From: a virus
Taxonomy: Duplodnaviria > Caudoviricetes
Reading direction: 5' to 3' (one strand)
Virus record (IMG/VR): IMGVR_UViG_3300033067_000910
Location: 6,023 to 70,022 of that record
DNA: 64,000 nucleotides
The translations under genes were made by a program, and so were the position numbers. Numbering within the stretch: the stretch's first letter is position 1; every line of letters begins with the position of its first letter. This document shows positions 9,096 to 17,704 of the stretch, one piece after another. Under the pieces are notes generated by a model that did not search any database, had not been told where the DNA came from, and was given only the letters and a program-made list of their open reading frames with translations.

Positions 9096-9566
9096 TTACC
9101 TATCCAGACTGGAATTTTCTCGCCTGGAAGGGACGGGTCTGTCTTCTTGGTCCTGATATTTTCCTTGATAACCGAGAACAGGGTGCGTAGTCTGGTGGAA
9201 AATAACCTGAGCAATCGGTTGACCAGCAATGATCTCGAGGGGTTCGTTTCCATGGTACACGAGCTCCAGCGTGAGGTAGCCGCGCCAGCCGGGGTCTAGC
9301 ACCGTATTGAACACCCCTAGTCCTTTGCGGACCAGCGACGATTTGTCATGAACAATACCGACCACGTTGTTCGGCATCGTGAACCGCTCTACGGTACTCG
9401 CCAGCACGAAGTCGCCCTTGTTCAGGATGTACCCCTGTTTGATACAGATATCATAGCACGCTTGACCGAGACCGAAACTTAGCCCGGTCTGTGCATGAAC
9501 TCCGCGACGAACGCATGGCGAAATGATTCCGTACACCTCGATGTCGATGCCGGTCAGAATTGACAT
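9096..9566 (-). CDS. dcd: dCTP deaminase (trimeric dUTPase superfamily)
   Basis: HDKSSLVRKGL, NTVLDPGWRGYLTLEL, IAQVIF, YQGKYQ.Q motifs. Confidence 0.85.
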   Translation of the reverse strand: MSILTGIDIEVYGIISPCVRRGVHAQTGLSFGLGQACYDICIKQGYILNKGDFVLASTVERFTMPNNVVGIVHDKSSLVRKGLGVFNTVLDPGWRGYLTLELVYHGNEPLEIIAGQPIAQVIFHQTTHPVLGYQGKYQDQEDRPVPSRRENSSLDR

Positions 9567-9683
9567 TTTTCAGTTCCTCTAAAATACTGTTCAAAACGTT
9601 CTGCATTCCCAGGATGTGATAAGTCTCCTGACTCATCACGCCGCTGTTCATCACGCTGTGATAGATAGGACTATAGCCGGGCA

Positions 9684-10184
9684 TCATGCCCCGTCCTCCT
9701 CTTGAAAAGCGTGCTTATTGCTGTCTTCACGCGGGACCATAGGCTGTTTCGACGACCACTCGTAGAAAGTGTCGATGGGACCTTTGCTACGGTTGGCTTC
9801 GGCATAGCGCCGGTACTGGTCATGGATGTCGTTGGTATTGGTGATGCTGATTGCGACAGCGGGGTCGGGCTTGTATGTGAATGTGCCACCGAGCGGCGCC
9901 TGCTCATACGCACGCTTCTTTTCATCACTCTCCCCCAACTGCTGACTGATCAGGGTTGCGTAACCAGCCATGTCGTCCCAATGGTCCTTGACGTTAGGGT
10001 CGCCAGTCAGAATCCGTCCTATCTTGTGAGCCTCCATATGGAGCGTCTCACGCTGACAGTCGGTCAGCTTACTCCAGTTGGGTGTACCCATCCAAAGCTG
10101 AAGAGTCTGCTGCGTGATGGCAGCATGCTCGCGGTAATCACCATGTGTCTTGCGGCGCTCGGCCAATAGCTGTTCAGTCGACAA
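9684..10184 (-). CDS. DUF6378-like protein, associated with nucleotide metabolism clusters
   Basis: LAERRKTHGDY...KIGRILTGDP...DHWDDMAGYATL; probable TTG start after AAGGAG. Confidence 0.7.
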   Translation of the reverse strand: MSTEQLLAERRKTHGDYREHAAITQQTLQLWMGTPNWSKLTDCQRETLHMEAHKIGRILTGDPNVKDHWDDMAGYATLISQQLGESDEKKRAYEQAPLGGTFTYKPDPAVAISITNTNDIHDQYRRYAEANRSKGPIDTFYEWSSKQPMVPREDSNKHAFQEEDGA

Positions 10185-10701
10185 AGTCCCACTCCTTTTT
10201 TCGCCACGCGATGTAAGCGGCGGATTCGATAACAATTGACTCAGGGACAGCACCCGCCCATGCCATGTCTTCCATGGCTCTGAGGCAGCGGTCCATGACC
10301 AGTCTGGCAAATTCGTTGCCACGGCGGAGTTCTCCCATACCCCACTCCGCCATCTCAAGTAGCTCGATGTACTTGAGTGTACGGTGCTCAATGTCGCTTA
10401 GCTTTGGCAAGCTCAAAGACATATCAGCCAGTGCTTTTTCTTCAAGCTCATCCATGATCTGCTTAAGCGCCGGATTGTTTTTCTTAACAGGAAAGGGAAT
10501 ATCTCCGACTGCGACCTCCCCCGTGTCATGATGAACGATGTACTCCATCACGTGCTTGGGAACATCCGGCCATAACCGCAGGGTCAGCCGGAGTAGCTGC
10601 CAACAATGTTCCGCCACCGATTGCGGCCTTATATGCGGCCAGACATGATAGCGCATAACCTCCCCGGCCAACCGAGGATCTTTGTTAACCTGAATTGCCA
10701 C
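10174..10701 (-). CDS. HD-domain 5'-deoxynucleotidase / dNTP hydrolase (YfbR-like)
   Basis: RYH...QSVAEH...HHDTGE...GDIP motif; probable GTG start. Confidence 0.85.
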   Translation of the reverse strand: MAIQVNKDPRLAGEVMRYHVWPHIRPQSVAEHCWQLLRLTLRLWPDVPKHVMEYIVHHDTGEVAVGDIPFPVKKNNPALKQIMDELEEKALADMSLSLPKLSDIEHRTLKYIELLEMAEWGMGELRRGNEFARLVMDRCLRAMEDMAWAGAVPESIVIESAAYIAWRKKEWDFVD

Positions 10702-11087
10702 GTCGCCACCTTCTGATTGCTGTCCTCGTGACACCATATCGCCGAGCGAGATGAAGTACGGGTTCTGTTGATTTTGCTATCTCTGCCCGTTGTATCCACG
10801 CCTTTGAGGTTGGTTCGTCTCTTGCGACTACAGTCCGCACGATTGTCGGCATTTGATCCTATCGTTAGGTGTTCTGGATTGACGCAGATACACACGTCAC
10901 AACGATGCATGACTAGCATACCTTCTGGTACAGGACCGTAGTGTTGCTCATAACTGTATCGATGAGCATACAGCATGGTTCCGTCGCACCAAAAGTGGGG
11001 ATAGCCTGATTTATGGACTGATGCATCCCACAGCCAGCATCCTGAGTTTGGCTCGGGACTCACCTTACTCAGGAACCTCGGTATCAT
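10685..11087 (-). pseudogene. HNH homing endonuclease with frameshifted HTH tail
   Basis: Nuclease domain (PEPNSGCWLW, AHRYSY, MHRCD...NPEHL) in one frame; HTH PVLHLARRYGVTRTAIRRW lies in the +1 frame (10685-10852). Confidence 0.7.
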
Positions 11088-11256
11088 TCTTCCTCCGATG
11101 ACGTTCTTGTAGGACGGTATCCGGGGTGGCCGGGGAGTGCAGGTCCGATTTGCAGTCTCGGCAGACGAACTGACGCTGGGTGACTATGGTGTTTTCCAGC
11201 ACTCCCTTGACCGTGAACTCAGCTATTCTTTTTGACTTGCACTTCGGACATTCCAT
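11065..11256 (-). CDS. small zinc-ribbon protein
   Basis: MECPKC...CRDC. Confidence 0.55.
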   Translation of the reverse strand: MECPKCKSKRIAEFTVKGVLENTIVTQRQFVCRDCKSDLHSPATPDTVLQERHRRKNDTEVPE

Positions 11257-11441
11257 TTGGGAGCCCAATCCTGGAATTCGTTGAAGCACTCGGGACACAT
11301 GTCTCGGTCTTCGATAAATCCGAATTTAGGTGGTTTCAGTGGTGGCACAAAATCGAATCTTACTCTGTACCACTCTCGTTGATCATCTTTTGATGACTGT
11401 TTACACCAGTCGCAGACATGATATTCGACTTTCATTTCCAT
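11223..11441 (-). CDS. small zinc-binding protein
   Basis: CDWC...DMCPEC; SD GAGG. Confidence 0.6.
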   Translation of the reverse strand: MEMKVEYHVCDWCKQSSKDDQREWYRVRFDFVPPLKPPKFGFIEDRDMCPECFNEFQDWAPKWNVRSASQKE

Positions 11442-11484
11442 TCCTCAATAACGTCGACGAACCGTAACCGTAAGAGAACTCATT

Positions 11485-11625
11485 TCACATCCCCATCGCC
11501 ATGAATGCTGCGGTGATACCGAGCCAAAGCACTCCACTCACCGATGCAGCGAGAGCATAAACATCTACCCACGAGAGAAGTATGCTCCCCAAGACTAGCA
11601 CCATAGTCACGTCGCTAGGTTCCAT
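11485..11625 (-). CDS. small membrane protein
   Basis: 46 aa, two hydrophobic segments. Confidence 0.45.
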   Translation of the reverse strand: MEPSDVTMVLVLGSILLSWVDVYALAASVSGVLWLGITAAFMAMGM

Positions 11626-12586
11626 GGCTTGCCCTCTCACCAATATAGTTCTCTGCGACCAGCCGCCAGTCGGTGGCCTTGCATTTCTCAAGTTCATAAC
11701 GCGCACCCTCGTAGTCTTTTTGCTTGAATCGAATATGAGTATTGTACAGAGGCACCGCCACATCATCCCACCATTTGTCAGCGTAGATACCCTCTACGCC
11801 GTTGAAATCAATGAACTGCTGGCAATCAAACAGGAATTTGACACCACCGGGGGTAGGATACGGCTCGCACAGCTTCATAGAGTACGCATCGTATTTCGCT
11901 TCGCCACCTATCTTGGCCATGGTATCCACATACGCATGGAAGTTGTTGCTGATCTGGTAGTACACCCCGACAGGAATATCTAGCGTAGCTGCTATCCATT
12001 CTTGTAAGAATGACATATGAACGGCGTTGGCTCCATAGGCTCCCCATATCATATCGTTGGACCTGTTGCACACTGTCATGTCGAGCTCGCCATCGACTAT
12101 GCGGAAATAGATATGAGTGTTACAGGGTTTGTCTTTGACAGTAGGACTGACTTCGAGATCACACGTAGGGTCCCACATGGTGAGAACAGCTTGACGCGTA
12201 TACTGGCTCTGTTGGAACATGCCAACAATATGTGCGAGTTGATCAGTACCGAAATGGCTTCGCCAACGGAAACCATAAGCTCCGTGCATGACTCCCATAT
12301 CTTCTCCGAAACGTGCACTAAAGTCGTGCACAAAGCGGTCGAGCCAACGAGCATCGTTCTGGCCCGCCAGCATCCAGATGCTTTCGAAGAAGTGGAAGAA
12401 GGGATTGGCATTTCGCCTCCGGTCGAAAAGTACCCTCTCCGTTGGGTGCGTGTACTGAGTAGTGACCGGCTCCTCGAAAACCATCACATCGCCAGCCCTG
12501 CTCGGCTCTCGCACACCATGCTGTTCAAGCAAATGCCATCCCTGCTTGTATGCGTCATTCACGTTCCGAGCTTTGATTATTTTCAC
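11615..12586 (-). CDS. dUMP hydroxymethylase (thymidylate-synthase superfamily)
   Basis: NPFFHFFES, GAYGFRWR, DKPCN (catalytic Cys), RSNDMIWGAYGAN with Asn at the dUMP-specificity position; resembles the YuA/M6-type enzyme. Confidence 0.85.
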   Translation of the reverse strand: MKIIKARNVNDAYKQGWHLLEQHGVREPSRAGDVMVFEEPVTTQYTHPTERVLFDRRRNANPFFHFFESIWMLAGQNDARWLDRFVHDFSARFGEDMGVMHGAYGFRWRSHFGTDQLAHIVGMFQQSQYTRQAVLTMWDPTCDLEVSPTVKDKPCNTHIYFRIVDGELDMTVCNRSNDMIWGAYGANAVHMSFLQEWIAATLDIPVGVYYQISNNFHAYVDTMAKIGGEAKYDAYSMKLCEPYPTPGGVKFLFDCQQFIDFNGVEGIYADKWWDDVAVPLYNTHIRFKQKDYEGARYELEKCKATDWRLVAENYIGERASHGT

Positions 12587-12912
12587 TTGCGTCCACCTCC
12601 GTCAGAGCCATGACCACCATGGCCGCTATCACCACCACGAGGACCACCACAGTCTGGCCCGCCGTTATCACCACCTCCGCCATTGTCACCTCCATTGCCG
12701 CCGCTAGGTGGTCCGCTAGGTGGCCCCGCCGGAGGGCCTGCGGGCGGCGCTGGCGGGCGCGAAGCGGGCGGCTGCGCCCCCTGTACCTGCCGCCATCCGT
12801 TGCCGTTGTACGGCCCCGGCAGGGGGCAGTGATTAACCCAGATGATACCGGGTGGAGGGTATCTCAACTGCTGAATACAGTAATCCGTCCAGTCAACAGG
12901 TAGATCAGCCAT
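12583..12912 (-). CDS. Pro/Gly-rich low-complexity protein
   Basis: PPAGPP repeats then GGDNGG repeats; start and stop abut both neighbours. Confidence 0.55.
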   Translation of the reverse strand: MADLPVDWTDYCIQQLRYPPPGIIWVNHCPLPGPYNGNGWRQVQGAQPPASRPPAPPAGPPAGPPSGPPSGGNGGDNGGGGDNGGPDCGGPRGGDSGHGGHGSDGGGRK

Positions 12913-13316
12913 TACTTGCCTCTCTTTATCTGACTGACTCGCGTTTGATTGATACCATAAGCCGCAGCGATTTTATACTGAGGTCGTGGATCTGTCTTAA
13001 TGGCGAGCCTTTGTTCTGGTGTCAGCTTAGTATATCCGTGACGACCTTTTCGTGCGCAATCCGACATATTGTCCGTCTGAGTGCCTGCAAAAAGATGGTC
13101 AGGGTTACAACACAAAGGAACATCACATTTATGACAGACGAACAAATCTGTCCTGCCGTGTAAGCGTTCCCATACTTCCTTATGAACGCGAACGGTACAA
13201 CCGTCAACACGCATGACACCGTACCCGTGGCTCGCACCACCTGTCCAGAGCCAGCACCCAGAGTTAGGTTCTGGGCTGACCCTTTCCCAGATATCAAGCA
13301 GCGTTGCCGGTAGCAT
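12912..13316 (-). CDS. HNH homing endonuclease with C-terminal HTH
   Basis: VSPEPNSGCWLW, RVH, VCHKCDVPLCCNPDHL...DN. Confidence 0.85.
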   Translation of the reverse strand: MLPATLLDIWERVSPEPNSGCWLWTGGASHGYGVMRVDGCTVRVHKEVWERLHGRTDLFVCHKCDVPLCCNPDHLFAGTQTDNMSDCARKGRHGYTKLTPEQRLAIKTDPRPQYKIAAAYGINQTRVSQIKRGK

Positions 13317-14091
13317 GAACCCTCACATGATGGTTGAAGGCTTTTTTCCAAAATATAGTCACCTCTGTGCGGGTACCGAACGCTCCACCTGTTTTGTTCA
13401 CTTTCTGCCGCAAACGCACATAGCCCCCATGTAACTCTGCGAGTTTGTGCGCTGCTGCGTCGTGTACAGCATGTGTCCTATAGGTGCTGCAACCCCCTGC
13501 CATGTTCGTCATGGTCTGGTCTTGCGCGTACCCGGTGAGTAGGAGATTAGGATGGCCCTTCTTGAGTAGTTGAAGGAGAATATCGAAATCCTCCATAACC
13601 TCCACGCGCCCATGCTCACACTCCAAAAAATCCTTTTTCTTGAACCCCAGAGTGCGGATGATTCGGGTATTTTCCTCGTTCTTGTATGAGCGAGTATTAA
13701 AGCCCTGTCGTGGCGCGATTCCCACTGCGCAGTAGTCTCCCATAAGGTGACGCCACACTTCGTCAAGCATTCTGCCAACGTCATCTTGCGTAGCTTTCAC
13801 TAGAGACCAGCTATCGGAACGCTCACGACGGAAGAAGGTGATATCGTCGTCCAGCATTAGAAATGTGGACGATTCACACGACTCGCCTATAGCCTGCCTA
13901 ACCTTGGCTATACCTTTTTCTTTGAATGCGTGGACTCGCACCCCGACCGGCATCTGCCGTTTGTAACTTTCGAGGTGCACATCATCCGCATCGCAAGCGA
14001 TACGGATATGCGGACGCCAACGCTCTGGGATACTATCCACCAATGCCGCCGCATGACCGGGTCGGGCTAGACTTGGTATCCAGATTTCCAT
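13294..14091 (-). CDS. GT-A fold DNA glycosyltransferase, TAGT/GREB1-like (JGT-related) family
   Basis: IPS..R, MLDDD, MEDFDILLQLL..G..N, GGCSTYRT, RTEVTIFWKKA motifs. Confidence 0.8.
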   Translation of the reverse strand: MEIWIPSLARPGHAAALVDSIPERWRPHIRIACDADDVHLESYKRQMPVGVRVHAFKEKGIAKVRQAIGESCESSTFLMLDDDITFFRRERSDSWSLVKATQDDVGRMLDEVWRHLMGDYCAVGIAPRQGFNTRSYKNEENTRIIRTLGFKKKDFLECEHGRVEVMEDFDILLQLLKKGHPNLLLTGYAQDQTMTNMAGGCSTYRTHAVHDAAAHKLAELHGGYVRLRQKVNKTGGAFGTRTEVTIFWKKAFNHHVRVHATGNAA

Positions 14092-14363
14092 TAGATTCCC
14101 CTTCCTGGAACGTAGAGACAGTAGGTGATCACACCATTATGGCACCAGTGGAACTGATTGTCAACCGATTGCCGTATCCTGCCATCACCATACTTCATCA
14201 GATCACCGTTGGGAAGCGTGTATCCCCCCGGCCCTTCCTTGATTTCGTTGACCGGTGCGCAGTCTTTATCCGAGCAACAGTCGTGGTCGTACCAGCTATG
14301 CGCCTTAGCTGAAGTGGGGAGCAGGGTTATTCCTGCGATCAGCATCACGAAAATAAGCCTCAT
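14091..14363 (-). CDS. secreted cysteine-rich small protein
   Basis: Signal peptide ending A-K-A, then HSWY..DCCSDKDCAPV...HWC...CLYVP. Confidence 0.75.
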   Translation of the reverse strand: MRLIFVMLIAGITLLPTSAKAHSWYDHDCCSDKDCAPVNEIKEGPGGYTLPNGDLMKYGDGRIRQSVDNQFHWCHNGVITYCLYVPGRGI

Positions 14364-14637
14364 CCATGATCTCCCAGTCCGCAGCCAGAAGGTCGGTCTG
14401 ACTGGCGAGCCATGGTACCGCAGTTCCTTGGACGGTGTACATCAGAATGTAAGGCTGATGTACAATAGCTTCCGGAAGGCCGGGGAGCATGACGTGGCTG
14501 GGATTCTTGTGGAGATGCAGGAACATGTTGGCACCGTTCCAACCTGTTCGGCGGATCTTGCGCCCCATACGTAGTGCGACCAGCGCCGCACTGAAATCGA
14601 CAGGGCCTTCATGTTTATAGATCTTGCTCATATCCAC
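14305..14637 (-). CDS. DUF2829 / Tad2-like anti-defence sponge protein
   Basis: FSAAL.ALRMGRKIRRTGWNG..MF...PYI...VPWLASQTDLLAADW matches the DUF2829 pattern. Confidence 0.8.
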   Translation of the reverse strand: MDMSKIYKHEGPVDFSAALVALRMGRKIRRTGWNGANMFLHLHKNPSHVMLPGLPEAIVHQPYILMYTVQGTAVPWLASQTDLLAADWEIMDEAYFRDADRRNNPAPHFS

Positions 14638-14888
14638 CTCGTATGGTGCGGGCGTGCGTTGAATACAGGACGTTTCTCTAACTGAAGATTACGTTCGCAG
14701 ATTTTACATCTACCTCTAGCACTCGTCCAACCCCGTAGGATACTGAAATGATTGCCGTTACTGCGGTTCCATCCATAATCACACATGGGCCAATAATTTC
14801 CGGCGGCTGTCACGGCATAGATATGAGATCTAACCGTATCTGGATTGTTACGGTCAGCCCCATCTATGTATCGGACAACCTTGCTCAT
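14628..14888 (-). CDS. hypothetical protein
   Basis: 86 aa, coupled to neighbours; WPMCDYGWNRS...C..C. Confidence 0.65.
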   Translation of the reverse strand: MSKVVRYIDGADRNNPDTVRSHIYAVTAAGNYWPMCDYGWNRSNGNHFSILRGWTSARGRCKICERNLQLEKRPVFNARPHHTRWI

Positions 14889-15088
14889 GGATACCCCGCT
14901 ATCCTAGCAGCTTCTGGAGATGTGTAACCTAACCGACGCAGGAACATATACAGATCGTCAGGCTTGCCCTTGGCCTCATATACGTACATACCGAGGGCCT
15001 TAGTCATGAACTTAAGTTCATGGATACCGAAAGCCCCAGCACGACCAATATCGCGTGGTCCAGACACAGAGAACCGAATCTTGATCAT
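14885..15088 (-). CDS. hypothetical protein
   Basis: MIKIRF start overlaps the upstream stop. Confidence 0.55.
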   Translation of the reverse strand: MIKIRFSVSGPRDIGRAGAFGIHELKFMTKALGMYVYEAKGKPDDLYMFLRRLGYTSPEAARIAGYP

Positions 15089-15291
15089 AGATGTTTCTCT
15101 ATGGCATAACAGATTCCGGCTACCATGAAGGCCAAGCCTGCAATGATCAAAGGAAAGTAGAAAGGTAGAAGAACCCACCACCATGACCAGTCTATAAATC
15201 CGGCCAACTTGAGACCAAGAAACAGAAGCCCTAGCAACATCAAGAAGGAGACACCTCCTTGACTCGCAGCCGTAGATTTCGCAGGATGCAT
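15085..15291 (-). CDS. small phage membrane protein
   Basis: LLFLGLKLAGFIDWSWWWVLLPF, a widespread phage transmembrane motif. Confidence 0.75.
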   Translation of the reverse strand: MHPAKSTAASQGGVSFLMLLGLLFLGLKLAGFIDWSWWWVLLPFYFPLIIAGLAFMVAGICYAIEKHL

Positions 15292-15293
15292 TG

Positions 15294-15581
15294 TTATTTC
15301 TCCTTGATGAGGGCACGGATGCGGGCGGCGAGAGCCTTGTGGTAAGCGCGGAGCCTATCGTTGACGTAGGTCTTCGGCGGATGGTCGTTGTAAGCGGACT
15401 GTAGCGTCTCTCCTTCCGGGCCTTCGTCGTCGGCCAATGCCTCGACCTTGTCCGCCGCCTGCCTCAGCCCCTCCGCACGCGCCTGTGCGAGTTCGGCGGC
15501 GATGGCTGTTGCGGCTTGGTCGTAGTCGCACTCGCCCCAGAGGAGCGTAAGCATCTCCCTCGCCCTCTCCCGATCACTCAT
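15294..15581 (-). CDS. hypothetical protein
   Basis: MSDRERAR start after GGAGG. Confidence 0.6.
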   Translation of the reverse strand: MSDRERAREMLTLLWGECDYDQAATAIAAELAQARAEGLRQAADKVEALADDEGPEGETLQSAYNDHPPKTYVNDRLRAYHKALAARIRALIKEK

Positions 15582-15955
15582 GGCCGGCCTCCATGGCTGC
15601 GAGTGCAGCGCCACCATTCGGCGACGTAGTCCTTGTCGTGCCACATCGCGTTGCCGGCGAACTCCTGCTGGTACGTTTCGCGCGCCTGAACATGGCTCAC
15701 GATCCGGCCGCCGATGACGTTGGCAGATGAGCCCGGCTCCGCCCCGGGAGCGTACCAGCCCGTCCGCGTCTCCACTTCAGACAACGCCCGCTCTTCGTCG
15801 TAGGGGCCAATCTCTGAGGCGAGGCAGTTGTCGCAGTGGTAGGGGCCGCACTGCTGCATCCCGACGCCGATGTCCACGAAGTCCGCCCGGCAAACGGTTT
15901 TGCAGTACGGGCAATTCCGTGTTGGCTCGTGCTTGCCGTAGCTATATCCGCCCAT
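15578..15955 (-). CDS. Cys-rich hypothetical protein
   Basis: CPYC...ADFVDIGVGMQQCGPYHCDNC; start after GGAGGCCGGTG. Confidence 0.65.
   Translation of the reverse strand: MGGYSYGKHEPTRNCPYCKTVCRADFVDIGVGMQQCGPYHCDNCLASEIGPYDEERALSEVETRTGWYAPGAEPGSSANVIGGRIVSHVQARETYQQEFAGNAMWHDKDYVAEWWRCTRSHGGRP
15584..15611. repeat. 28-bp direct repeat, copy 1
   Basis: CCGGCCTCCATGGCTGCGAGTGCAGCGC, identical to 16184-16211. Confidence 0.9.
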
Positions 15956-16181
15956 CACCGGCCTCCCGTGCAGCGAGCATGGCGTCGGCCACCTGATAAG
16001 CGCGCCCGGCAATCTCGGCCGGTCCATAGGCGATGCCGGTTGTCCCGCTGTAGGCAGCCATTCCGGTAGCAACCTGCCCCGCGAACCAGTCGCGCAGCGT
16101 CATGCCAGAGCAGCCAGAATGAATGCCGGGCACCTCAGAGAAGGGAAACGCCGGTCCGCCGTCGTTGATCTCACTTGCCAT
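15942..16181 (-). CDS. conserved phage hypothetical protein
   Basis: GGPAFP...GMTLRDWFAG...AY..ADAML.AR family motif. Confidence 0.8.
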   Translation of the reverse strand: MASEINDGGPAFPFSEVPGIHSGCSGMTLRDWFAGQVATGMAAYSGTTGIAYGPAEIAGRAYQVADAMLAAREAGDGRI

Positions 16182-16983
16182 CACCGGCCTCCATGGCTGC
16201 GAGTGCAGCGCGGGCGATGTCTTTCAACGCCTGTGCAGTGATCCGCCAAGGCTCTGTCGCGTTGAACTCCACGATCTCCCGCAGCGCCTCCCGCGCCTTC
16301 TCCAGCGCGGCTTCGGCACGCTCGGCTCGTTTGGACTGGTTCGCGGCCATTCTGCCCCACATGCCGGGTGCAGCAGCCTTCGGCTCGTCCCGCTCCTTCT
16401 CGACCTCAGCAAGGCGGGCCTCGGCGACGGTGGCGCGGGTTTCCGCCTCATCGCAACGTTCGCCCCGCATTCGCCAGCTACGCTCTAAGTCATCCCGCTC
16501 CCTCGCCACGCGGGCGAGGAGGTCGGCGGCTTGACGGGCTACATTGGCCGCCAGCGCGCAATCCGGGCTGGTGCAGCTCGAACGGAAGGCCCGCAAATCG
16601 AGGCGGTTGGCGTCTTCCTCCAGCCTCTCCACCATCCTCGCCACCTCCTCGTCCGTGGCGGCAGGGGCGGGCGGGGTGGCCTGCGCGTGCTTCACGATCA
16701 TGCGGATTTCGTGGATCGACAGCTTCTGTCGGGCGCGGGCGAGTTCCGGGTCAGCCAGAATGCGATCCCACGCATCGCCGCGTTCGGCAGGGCTGGCGGG
16801 CGGGGTGGCTGCGCGCATGTCCCAATCCTCCGTGCGGTCACGGCGGGCAAGGTTTCGGCGCGGCTCGGCAGGGCTGGCGACTTTCGGCTTGCACCGAAAG
16901 TCCTCACACTCCGACATCTCACGCGGCCCTGCCCCGCAGAACTCGCAGAAGCGGTACGGCTCGGCAGGGGTGGTCATGGTCAT
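16171..16983 (-). CDS. modular Ala-rich hypothetical protein (Ea22/ead-like architecture)
   Basis: Segments joined by repeated (T)P(P)ASPAE-type linkers; GC-rich. Confidence 0.65.
   Translation of the reverse strand: MTMTTPAEPYRFCEFCGAGPREMSECEDFRCKPKVASPAEPRRNLARRDRTEDWDMRAATPPASPAERGDAWDRILADPELARARQKLSIHEIRMIVKHAQATPPAPAATDEEVARMVERLEEDANRLDLRAFRSSCTSPDCALAANVARQAADLLARVARERDDLERSWRMRGERCDEAETRATVAEARLAEVEKERDEPKAAAPGMWGRMAANQSKRAERAEAALEKAREALREIVEFNATEPWRITAQALKDIARAALAAMEAGDGK
16184..16211. repeat. 28-bp direct repeat, copy 2
   Basis: Identical to 15584-15611, 600 bp away. Confidence 0.9.
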
Positions 16984-17124
16984 CGATCTCCTAAAAGGTG
17001 CCGGTCGCGCTTAGGCGAGTACGAAACCAAGCCACCGGCTGACGGGGTTTTTTCAGCATGAGGCACTCACCGTCTAATCCTCGTCCGGACCTATCCCAAA
17101 GGGACCCCTCCGGCTGGGGGTATA

Positions 17125-17574
17125 TCAGAGACCGTACTTGCTCGGGTCGATACCAACGACCTTGGCAATCTGAGCCAGTTCCTTCTTCTCGGCATCACCG
17201 ATATCACCGTCCGCCATGGCAACGTCAGCCGCCACAAGGAAAATATCCTCGCTGACAGCGACACCACCGGCCCGGCTCACAGCCTCTTCAATCTCGCGGC
17301 GCAACTGCACCTTGCCGCTGAAGCTACCCGGACGCTTGTTCACGAACTTGGTCCAGCAGTTGGCGACATCAACGGGGGTGAACCCTGCCTCCACCACGGA
17401 CTTGTTGTTCTGGATCGCCTCTATAGCTTCCTGCTCCTCCTTGGAGTCCAGGCTGTTATCGGCGTAGGCCACCAGCACGGCGGAGGCAACGATGCCCTCC
17501 AGCACGTCGAGGTTGCCCTTGTACTTCGCCGCGTTCTGAATCTTCTTTACCGCATTGCCAAAGCCGAACATCAT
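17125..17574 (-). CDS. terB: TerB-family (tellurite resistance) protein
   Basis: VLVAYADNSLDSKE and VAMADGDIGDAEK metal-binding motifs. Confidence 0.8.
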   Translation of the reverse strand: MMFGFGNAVKKIQNAAKYKGNLDVLEGIVASAVLVAYADNSLDSKEEQEAIEAIQNNKSVVEAGFTPVDVANCWTKFVNKRPGSFSGKVQLRREIEEAVSRAGGVAVSEDIFLVAADVAMADGDIGDAEKKELAQIAKVVGIDPSKYGL

Positions 17575-17581
17575 AGTCTCC

Positions 17582-17704
17582 TTATTTAGTGCGCTCAGTC
17601 CAGCGCACTGCCTTTGAGGTCACCTTCACTGTCCAGTACAGGATGGTCCCCAAACCGATCAAGGACAGAATGTCCTGAAACTTTGAAATAAGTGCCCAGA
17701 TCAT
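17582..17704 (-). CDS. small membrane protein (not in ORF track)
   Basis: 40 aa MIWALISKFQDILSLIGLGTILYW...; ATGA-coupled to the glycosylase stop. Confidence 0.5.
   Translation of the reverse strand: MIWALISKFQDILSLIGLGTILYWTVKVTSKAVRWTERTK

Noticed and set aside
9451-9687. ORF overlapping dcd by 116 nt
   Set aside because: Only the first 40 or so codons look plausible; the rest is out-of-frame overlap, so it was not called.
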